Below, piece after piece: positions 22,863 to 30,706 of a stretch of 64,000 bases of DNA. The notes under the pieces were generated by a model. It searched no databases. It was given only the letters and a program-made list of their open reading frames with translations, and was not told where the DNA came from. The DNA is from Candidatus Heimdallarchaeota archaeon (GTDB lineage: Archaea > Asgardarchaeota > Heimdallarchaeia > JABLTI01), in NCBI GenBank assembly GCA_019058275.1, contig JAHLVW010000036.1, positions 64,001-128,000 of the forward strand, in the 5' to 3' direction. A program made the translations under genes and the position numbers. Position 1 is the first letter of the stretch, and each line of letters begins with the position of its first letter.

Positions 22863-23649
22863 GATTAATTGGTTGATATCTTTGAAGAAAAAAGAAATTT
22901 TCTCACTAATAATAAATCCAATACGAAATAAAATCATTCAACGATTAAATAAATACGAAAAAGCTTCTTATTCAGGTCTATTTGATTCAGCAAATGAACA
23001 TATACATCCTTTAAGTAGCACTGGGAATTTCAATTATCATCTCAATTTTCTAATTAATAATGATATAATTAGAAAAGAAGGAATCGTTTACAAATTAAGT
23101 GATAAAGGAAAGGAAATTGCTAGATTCGTTAAATATGTCGATCAAAAATGGTTTAAATTAGAAAGAATCATAAGAGGTGGAAATTTGAGCTTGTATGCTT
23201 TAGCTGAAAGTTTTGAAGAAGAAACTGGATTAAAAATGAATAAAGAGGTAATTGATTTCAAAGGTTCAGAAATGATAATGGATGATAAGCAAATTATAGG
23301 AATTTTTCAAGAAGGAATAGAAAATAAATTTTTTTCAGATTATAAGGAATTAGATATTGAAAAATTCTCTATACAAAAAATCTCAGATGAATCAATACTA
23401 AATGAAACAAAAACAGTAATTCTGCTAAAACATCCGGAATTAGATTATTATCTCTCGCCTAAATACTATGGAATAGTTGAAGATTATTTAGAAAGATATT
23501 TTGGTAAAACAGTTGTTTATGCAAATGTATTAAATCCATCACCATTTCTATTTATCGCAACTACTAAAAATAAAAGATGTTCGTTTGTAATTGCCCCTTC
23601 ATTTTTCGATAAAAATCAAATTAAGATGATCGAAAAGAAAGAGAAGTAA
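22861..23649 (+). CDS. Winged-helix (ArsR-like) regulator
   Basis: NPIRNKII...SSTGNFNYHLNFL...YKLSDKG. Confidence 0.8.
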   Translation: MINWLISLKKKEIFSLIINPIRNKIIQRLNKYEKASYSGLFDSANEHIHPLSSTGNFNYHLNFLINNDIIRKEGIVYKLSDKGKEIARFVKYVDQKWFKLERIIRGGNLSLYALAESFEEETGLKMNKEVIDFKGSEMIMDDKQIIGIFQEGIENKFFSDYKELDIEKFSIQKISDESILNETKTVILLKHPELDYYLSPKYYGIVEDYLERYFGKTVVYANVLNPSPFLFIATTKNKRCSFVIAPSFFDKNQIKMIEKKEK

Positions 23650-23683
23650 ATATATCTCTTTCTACTTTTTTTGTTGTGCACAA

Positions 23684-24670
23684 CTATTTTTTATGATTCT
23701 TCCTTGCTAGATATGTATCAAATAGCGAAACTTTTTCATCGAAAGGCTGAGGCCAAGTGTAACAAGAAGATCTCACAATTAGGATATTTAATTTCATAGG
23801 TAGGATTCCTATGCCTAAAACAGTAACAAACATGAGGAATAACCAAACATTAACATTACTGGCAGAAGTTACAAGAGTAGAGAAACCGTCTACCAAGTAA
23901 TGAACAATAATACAAGGTATAAGGCTATTTGCTTTTATAAACAAATATGCTAGAAATATTCCAAAGAATGTTGTATAAATAACTTGAAAGAGTACCTGAA
24001 ATATCATTTCATTATTAAATTCTGTTCCAAAGACGATGAGTCCTAAAAACGCTCCAAAAATATTTACAAGATGAAATGCTCCAAATAAAATACCATTAAT
24101 AAAAATTGAAGTTCTTTCACTGTAGATTTTTAGTAACAGAACAAGTATAATACCACGAAAAGCGACTTCTTCCCAAATACCTGGTCTTAAAGAAGTGTAA
24201 ATGTTTATCGTACTAGGATTAATCAACAAATTTGGATCAAAGATAACTTGTCCAGTTGTGCTTGTAAGTGTAGTCAAATAGGTAGCAAACAGCATACAAG
24301 CTAAAGTAACAATTGCAGTAATAAAACCTAAGACGACTGTACGGAAAGCTGGTTTGATATTAACAACTCTTATACCCTTTGTATATCCAACAAATTTCCT
24401 TCCATTTGGTAATCCTAAAGCAAAAGGTACGATGATGATAAATAAAATCGCAACACCAAAAAAGTCTATTAAATGAGCTACATAAAGATGTGTATTATAA
24501 AATGTTTGATTAACAAATATTGCATAGAGTAATCCTGGTAGGAGTAAAAAAATAACATATAAGAATAATAATATAAATATCCCCATCCAAGGATGTTCAC
24601 TTAACCAAGTAGATTCTTGTTTTTTACTGCTTTTTCTTGTTTTATTTGAAACCATAAAATTCAAATCCAC
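23684..24670 (-). CDS. CPBP/Abi (CAAX-type) intramembrane metalloprotease
   Basis: EEVAFRG, FGAFH, HYLVD. Confidence 0.92.
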   Translation of the reverse strand: MDLNFMVSNKTRKSSKKQESTWLSEHPWMGIFILLFLYVIFLLLPGLLYAIFVNQTFYNTHLYVAHLIDFFGVAILFIIIVPFALGLPNGRKFVGYTKGIRVVNIKPAFRTVVLGFITAIVTLACMLFATYLTTLTSTTGQVIFDPNLLINPSTINIYTSLRPGIWEEVAFRGIILVLLLKIYSERTSIFINGILFGAFHLVNIFGAFLGLIVFGTEFNNEMIFQVLFQVIYTTFFGIFLAYLFIKANSLIPCIIVHYLVDGFSTLVTSASNVNVWLFLMFVTVLGIGILPMKLNILIVRSSCYTWPQPFDEKVSLFDTYLARKNHKK

Positions 24671-24771
24671 AATGTTTTAACAAAAAAATTTCCCACAAAG
24701 CTGGGATTTTAAGTTAGTTAATCTATGACCTATCTTGTATTAAATAATTATGAAGAAAAAGAAAAAAAGAA

Positions 24772-25245
24772 TCATTTGAGATTCTTACTAATTTCTTTAA
24801 CCCAGTCTTCTATATGCTCTTTTTTCCAGTTGTCAACCATTGGTTTGCCAAACATAATCAAGCGACCACCAAAGGCTGTAGTAGCAACTGGTTTGATTTT
24901 TGGATATTTGACTAATTTGTCATCAATATACTTCTTGATAGCAACATGCAATTTTTCTTCACTATTCTCTGCTCTAGCTTCTCCAGAGCAAACGTAAAAA
25001 CAAACTTTCTTATCTTTCAGGTTATTTTTCAAGAATTTCTTTACATGTCTTGTCCATTGTCCAATAGCTATACCAGTTCCAATTATAACATTCTTGTAAT
25101 CATCTAAGTTTACTTTTCCACTCTTCTTCAAGTTTACAACATCAACAGTATGTTTGTGTTTACTCGAGAGAACTTCAGCAATGACATCTGCTGTTTTAGC
25201 TGCCATTCCCATCCTTGTGCCATATACTATTAGTGTTTTTGTCAT
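24772..25245 (-). CDS. Flavodoxin-domain protein (HemG-like)
   Basis: IVYGTRMG.A..TADVIA; FGG. Confidence 0.85.
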   Translation of the reverse strand: MTKTLIVYGTRMGMAAKTADVIAEVLSSKHKHTVDVVNLKKSGKVNLDDYKNVIIGTGIAIGQWTRHVKKFLKNNLKDKKVCFYVCSGEARAENSEEKLHVAIKKYIDDKLVKYPKIKPVATTAFGGRLIMFGKPMVDNWKKEHIEDWVKEISKNLK

Positions 25246-25332
25246 AGTATCACCAATAATACATATTTGAATTAATGCTTATAATATTTTCAAATAAAAA
25301 ACTTGATAAAAGACACTATTCTTCATCAAGTC

Positions 25333-25788
25333 TTATGGAAATAAATCTATTACAATTTTAACTGCATCAACAACAAATTTTGGGCAGATTGTACTAAAAA
25401 TTCCTTCATCGTTTCCCTTCTGGCGAGCATCAGGATTTGTCATATCGAATCCAACAAGTTCATTACAAATTGGCGTATCATGAATTTCACTGAATTTCTC
25501 AATTAACTCAGCAGTTGATTTGTATGTTGCAGCTTTAAGTTCTGATCTGTCATCAATTGTTTGTTCATGTATAACTCCTATAGCCATAATTGCTCCAGTT
25601 AAGGTCCCACATATTTCACCTCTACGACTAATACCTCCACCAAATCCTGCAGCAACCATAGGAGCTTCGTTAAAATATAATCCCTTGTGCTCAAGTACTG
25701 TTCTTAAAACTGCTTGTGCACAATTATATCCAGTAGCGAAGTAATCTTTAGCTATTTTTTCAATATCATCTGTCATCTTGTAACTCAA
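25333..25788 (-). CDS. C-GCAxxG-C-C family redox protein
   Basis: YNCAQAV, GFGGG, CGTLTG and two further Cys. Confidence 0.9.
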   Translation of the reverse strand: MSYKMTDDIEKIAKDYFATGYNCAQAVLRTVLEHKGLYFNEAPMVAAGFGGGISRRGEICGTLTGAIMAIGVIHEQTIDDRSELKAATYKSTAELIEKFSEIHDTPICNELVGFDMTNPDARQKGNDEGIFSTICPKFVVDAVKIVIDLFP

Positions 25789-25835
25789 ACCATAAATCTG
25801 TTGATAGTTTTATCACAAAAATGGTTATAAGTATT

Positions 25836-26687
25836 TCACTCAAGTGGATTATTTTCTTCCTTTTCAACTTTTTTTGGTTTGAGATACATGTAGTAATAGA
25901 GAATAGCAAATGCTAATAATCCCATGCCTGTTGAAAAGAGAACATCTGAAGCAAAATGGGCTCCCACAACAACTCGAGAGCAAGCAACAAAAAAGCCCCA
26001 AAGGAAAACAAAACCAACAGTAATTATTTTCATAGGATCCTTAGTTTCTTTTTCTCTGACAAGTACAAGTAATGGCAGTACCATCCATCCCATTGCAGTA
26101 TGCCCTGATGGAAAACTCATATGACGTATAGTTGGTTCGGGTGGTAAATACCAAGGAGTATAAAATTCAAATCCCATGTCTACTAAATCTCTAAAACGAA
26201 CACGCCCACAAAGCAATTTGGTAATTTGAACAAAGCCTAATGGATTTATTATCGATAGTAGTAAAACTAACCATGCGAATTTTTTGTAATTATTCAAGTC
26301 TCTATTTAACTCTAAAAATGAAAAAATTAAAACTGAACCAGCAATAGATCCACAAATAGTGGCTGCTTTGGGAGTATAATCAAATAAGAAGTAAATCATC
26401 AAGGTAATTCCAATTGCACTTATAACAAAAGCTGGTATTTTTTGCATTTTAGTTTTCTTAATAAAGCTACCAAAAAGCACTGCAATTGATATGCCAATTA
26501 ATCCAAATCCTGGTGTTTCTCCATAATCCGCTCCAAAATTTCCCCACCATGATTCAAAATTAACAACTGCATTAGAAATTTGAAGATCATATATACCAAA
26601 AACAATAGCAAGAATAATCCAAGGAATGAATATTGCCAATAAGGCAATTAAAAGAAATTGCTGTCGCTTATTTTCCAAAACATTCAT
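25836..26687 (-). CDS. PAP2 family phosphatase
   Basis: K...GRVR, SFPSGH, SRVVVGAHFASD. Confidence 0.92.
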   Translation of the reverse strand: MNVLENKRQQFLLIALLAIFIPWIILAIVFGIYDLQISNAVVNFESWWGNFGADYGETPGFGLIGISIAVLFGSFIKKTKMQKIPAFVISAIGITLMIYFLFDYTPKAATICGSIAGSVLIFSFLELNRDLNNYKKFAWLVLLLSIINPLGFVQITKLLCGRVRFRDLVDMGFEFYTPWYLPPEPTIRHMSFPSGHTAMGWMVLPLLVLVREKETKDPMKIITVGFVFLWGFFVACSRVVVGAHFASDVLFSTGMGLLAFAILYYYMYLKPKKVEKEENNPLE

Positions 26688-26886
26688 TCTTATAATTCAG
26701 TAATATCTGACATATTTAGGTTTTGAAACAAGAAAAAAACTAGTAAATCTTAATCGTCTGATAAGTCAACAGCAATTCTAAGTTTAGCATGTTGTCAATT
26801 TTTTGGGAAATTCCCAAAGCAAATCAAGAGATAAATAAATATAGTGCACTGCTTTTTCATAAGACAGAAATTGCTGTACAAAGTGT

Positions 26887-27816
26887 GTGAACTCAGTGGG
26901 TAAGAAACAGGAAGAAAAACTCGAAGCTTTAAAGTCTAATTTTGAACGTAGTGCAACAGAACAATATATTCAGGTTAATGATGGAAATCAATTGAGGGTA
27001 CTTTCCTTTATTAGGGAAGAACAAACTGTAAATGAAATTGAAGTTATGTTTATACCAGGTTTATTAACGATTTTTCCTCGCTGGGAAAAGGTGGTCAAAG
27101 AGTTAAACAAACACTATACAGTTCATTATATTGAGAGCCGAGAGAAAATCTCTAGTAAACTCCTAAAAAGAGCATCTCTTGATCTGCGAAAAATTTGGAA
27201 GGATCTTTCAAACATCGAAAAAACTCTTGGTTTGGACAAGAAAAGATATATTACAATCTCAAGCTCAATGGGTGGATCTATGATTATTGAGAATTTAGCA
27301 ACAAATGAGTTATCACCCATAGGTTCAATACTAATTGGTCCTGGTGTTAAGGTTCACTTTCCTAAATGGGTTCCCATATTTCTCCATGTCTTTCCAGCAT
27401 TTGGCATGCGAATGTTAAAACCACTCATTCGATGGTATCTTAGAACTTTTACAGTTGATGCTAAGAAAGAACCTAAACAAGCTAAACAATATACACGTTC
27501 TGTGAATGAAGCAGACATGCCTAAACTCAGAAAATGGATAATTAAGAATGCTAACAAATACAATGGATGGCATCTTTTACCTAAAATCGAAGATAGGATA
27601 ATACTAATAGCTGCTTCAACTGATAAAGTTCACAAAAGTGACTTCTCAGCTAAAGTATCTGAAGCATTGTCTAATTGCACCTATGTTGATCTCGGAACCA
27701 ATGAAGCAGCTCATGACACTCCTCTCGTTGAATTAGCAATAGAATTTACTAATGAACTTCAGGGTATAGGTCCAAAAGTTGTAGAACGTGATTTATTAAG
27801 TAGAGATAAGTATTAG
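26887..27816 (+). CDS. Alpha/beta hydrolase
   Basis: FIPG, SSSMGG nucleophile elbow, D and H (NEAAH) of the triad. Confidence 0.8.
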   Translation: MNSVGKKQEEKLEALKSNFERSATEQYIQVNDGNQLRVLSFIREEQTVNEIEVMFIPGLLTIFPRWEKVVKELNKHYTVHYIESREKISSKLLKRASLDLRKIWKDLSNIEKTLGLDKKRYITISSSMGGSMIIENLATNELSPIGSILIGPGVKVHFPKWVPIFLHVFPAFGMRMLKPLIRWYLRTFTVDAKKEPKQAKQYTRSVNEADMPKLRKWIIKNANKYNGWHLLPKIEDRIILIAASTDKVHKSDFSAKVSEALSNCTYVDLGTNEAAHDTPLVELAIEFTNELQGIGPKVVERDLLSRDKY

Positions 27817-27839
27817 GGTGCAGAAGATACAAAGTAAAC

Positions 27840-27985
27840 GAAATTTAAAAATCATATACACCAAAATCAATTGCCAGAACAATCCAAGGAATAAATATTG
27901 CCAATAAGCTAATCAATAGAAACAGTTGTTGCTTATTTTCCAAAACATTCATTCTTATAATTCAGCAATATCTTGCATATTTAGG
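27840..27985 (-). pseudogene. Truncated duplicate of the PAP2 gene 5' end and upstream region
   Basis: 146-bp colinear imperfect direct repeat of 26575-26720; MNVLENKQQLFLLISLLAIFIPWIVLAIDFGVYDF* (27952-27845). Confidence 0.85.
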
Positions 27986-28014
27986 ATTTTTATTAAAAAA
28001 ATGATTAATGTATC

Positions 28015-28245
28015 TTAATCTTCTGAAAGGTCAATAGGAACTCTAGGTTTAGCTGGACCAAACAAACGTAAAGCGTAACTAACTAGAATTAATAAAATCA
28101 ATATACTAAGTGTTAAGTAAATGTAGTTGTAGAGTTCTGAAGGATTAGCAAAAATTCGTATAATGCTGATAATTAAACCTGGAACGGTTACTACTGCGAT
28201 TAATAACATCATGAGTAATATTGATTTTAGTGTTGCTTGTACCAA
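28015..28245 (-). CDS. Small 2-TM protein
   Basis: 76 aa, two hydrophobic helices, GAGG upstream. Confidence 0.65.
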   Translation of the reverse strand: MVQATLKSILLMMLLIAVVTVPGLIISIIRIFANPSELYNYIYLTLSILILLILVSYALRLFGPAKPRVPIDLSED

Positions 28246-28304
28246 GTACTTCCTCTCAAATATATAATAAAGAAAACTTATCTTTAATATTATTGCCTAA
28301 TCAA

Positions 28305-28608
28305 TCACTTGTTTTCTTATCCAGAATTTCTTGTAGCATAACAGCTAATTCTTGAGTGCAAGAGCTTGCTCTTCTGCAACCAGCTTCTTTTAGCTCATCA
28401 ATAGGAATATCTTCTGCTTTCTTGTCTCTAATCAATATAGACATTGATTTATTATGACCTATACAACCTTTCTTACCTTCAATTGTAAGATTTCTTATGA
28501 TAGTTTTTCCTACATCTTCTTCTATTTCAAAAATAAATTCTGTTTTACAGGTATCTGTTCCTTCTGCTGGTTTGAAGTATGAGTATAGATTTTACCCAAT
28601 ACATTCAT
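28305..28608 (-). pseudogene. TSCPD-domain protein with an N-terminal frameshift
   Basis: YFKPAEGTDTCKTEFIFEIE...KGCIGHNK...AGCRRASSCTQELAVML; start lies in another frame (shift near 28580); not in the ORF track. Confidence 0.7.
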
Positions 28609-28895
28609 CTCTTTAATTTCTAGTTCTTTCAAATGATTTAATCTTTAAATAAATGGTTACTTAGATTGTAAAAGTGGTGATAAGTTTACATCAACTCTTA
28701 CATGATTTTTTTCAATAATTTAGGGATTGTAATCTATCATTAAATGGTATGTGTTTGGCATTCTTGCTCCAATATTGATCAATGTTACCAATTTGAAATT
28801 AAGTGAAGGGTATATTTGTTCAGTAAAATTAGTACTATTATTCAACAAAACATTTAATAATGTTCAGCTTAAATAGGTATTTGTGAGATGAAATA

Positions 28896-29762
28896 ATGAT
28901 GGAAAATTTCGATGATAGAAATGATATCGAACTAACAAAAGTTCCATTGGATGATTTAGCAAATATCTTAAGTGCTATTGCAAACAAAAGCAGACTGCAA
29001 TTAATCGAAGCGTTATTTGAAGGTCCTAAGGAATTTAGTGAGTTGAAAGAAGTTGTCAAGCTGAGTAAAACAGCACTAGCTCATCATCTGGAGAAATTGG
29101 TTCAATTTGGGATAATCAAGAATGTTGGTAGAGGGAAGTATAAGATAAATGATGATGGAAAAGAGCTTTTCATAACTGTGAAAGATGTTTACTTTAATTT
29201 AGAAGTAAGGAAAAAAATGAATGCTAAAAGAAAAGCAGATCATATACAGCAAATGTATTCTTCACGTCATAAAGATGAATTGAAATTTGAATTCATACGT
29301 CTTTTACCTATGAGAGTCATTAGTTTTCATGCTGTAAGTGATACACCAGAAAATGATGCTTGGATAAAGCTTCGCTCTTGGGCTGAACCAAGGGGTTATT
29401 TTGAAGATTTAGATAATCATCCCATATATGGTTTTAATAATCCTAATCCACGACTAGGAGAAAAGGTATACGGTTATGAGTTCTGGCTTGTTGTAGAACC
29501 TGATTATGAAACAGATGATGTTACTGTTAAGGATGTTCCAGAATCATTTAACGTTGTGACTAGATGCCATGTAGAAGATCCAATGAAAGATATTCCAAAA
29601 GCATGGGGAAAATTGCTTGATTGGATAAAAACCAATAATGTAAAATTTGCTGGAAAATGTGGTTTGGAGAAGGTCATCGATTCAAGTCATTCTAGTGGGG
29701 AGTTTATTCTTGATATCTATATCCCTATTGTTGAGAGCAGTATCCCAAGAAATTTGAAGTGA
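28896..29762 (+). CDS. ArsR wHTH fused to a GyrI-like small-molecule-binding domain
   Basis: NKSRLQLI...LSKTALAHHLEKL; PENDAW..L..WA, YGFNNPNP, YGYEFW. Confidence 0.88.
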   Translation: MMENFDDRNDIELTKVPLDDLANILSAIANKSRLQLIEALFEGPKEFSELKEVVKLSKTALAHHLEKLVQFGIIKNVGRGKYKINDDGKELFITVKDVYFNLEVRKKMNAKRKADHIQQMYSSRHKDELKFEFIRLLPMRVISFHAVSDTPENDAWIKLRSWAEPRGYFEDLDNHPIYGFNNPNPRLGEKVYGYEFWLVVEPDYETDDVTVKDVPESFNVVTRCHVEDPMKDIPKAWGKLLDWIKTNNVKFAGKCGLEKVIDSSHSSGEFILDIYIPIVESSIPRNLK

Positions 29763-30706
29763 TTATTATGCCAGAAGATATTGTTGTTAGGAAACAATTC
29801 GAAGAAGCTCTTGAAGCTTTTATTGAACAAGTAAAACAAGATGAGAGTATAACTGCTGCTTTATTATTCGGTAGTTTAGTAAAGGGTACAGTATGGAAGA
29901 AATCAGATATTGATTTAGTTTTAATAACTAAAGATCAGAAAACACCACTTCGAGATTTTTGGTTGATGGATGAAGACATAAACATTCAAGTTACAGTTTT
30001 TACAAGGAATTCATTCATTAGACACCAGCAAAGGTCTTTACAGGGTTCTGGTACACACCATGTATTAACTACTAGCAAAGTCTTGTTTTCTAATGATGAA
30101 ACCTTAGATGAGTTTATTGAGAGTATGAAGCAAGTAGGAAGGCGTGATTTTGAGATTGAGATACTTAGGATAATAAATATGGTAATTGGTGATTTAGAAA
30201 AAGCAGAAAAATATCTTACCGTTAATGATGATGTCCTCCAAAGCTACTTGTTTATCACTCGATTACTTGATAGATTTGCTTCAGTTATTGTTATGCTAAA
30301 TGATGAAATACCTGGAAGAGAATCTGTAGAACAAGCTATGAAATTTGAACCGGATTTGTTCAATGAAATATATTCACAAGTGATTATCTGTAAAACAGAC
30401 AAAAAGACCATGTCTAAAATTATTTCTAGAATAAGAAAGTATCTTGAAGATAAAACTCCCATCATTTTCAAGCCTATTATCGATTATATGAAAAAGGAAA
30501 GCACTTTTCGAAGTGTAACTGATATTGCTAATTTTCTTGATGATAAAGTAAAAACATCTTGGTGGCAGATTGCTGCTATGGCACTAGGTAATTGGTTAGT
30601 CGAACTAGGTTACTTAGAGAGATCTCCATGTCCTACTAGGTTAACATTAAGAAGTCATCATGAAGTAAACGAAATTGGTTATTATTTTATTGGAGATGAA
30701 ATATAA
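29759..30706 (+). CDS. Pol-beta superfamily nucleotidyltransferase with helical domain and C-terminal wHTH (YgxA-like architecture)
   Basis: LFGS...SDIDL; C-terminal helix-turn-helix plus wing pattern. Confidence 0.78.
   Translation: MIIMPEDIVVRKQFEEALEAFIEQVKQDESITAALLFGSLVKGTVWKKSDIDLVLITKDQKTPLRDFWLMDEDINIQVTVFTRNSFIRHQQRSLQGSGTHHVLTTSKVLFSNDETLDEFIESMKQVGRRDFEIEILRIINMVIGDLEKAEKYLTVNDDVLQSYLFITRLLDRFASVIVMLNDEIPGRESVEQAMKFEPDLFNEIYSQVIICKTDKKTMSKIISRIRKYLEDKTPIIFKPIIDYMKKESTFRSVTDIANFLDDKVKTSWWQIAAMALGNWLVELGYLERSPCPTRLTLRSHHEVNEIGYYFIGDEI

Noticed and set aside
25333-25788. C-GCAxxG-C-C protein as a selenoprotein
   Set aside because: ORF is complete with Cys codons and no internal TGA
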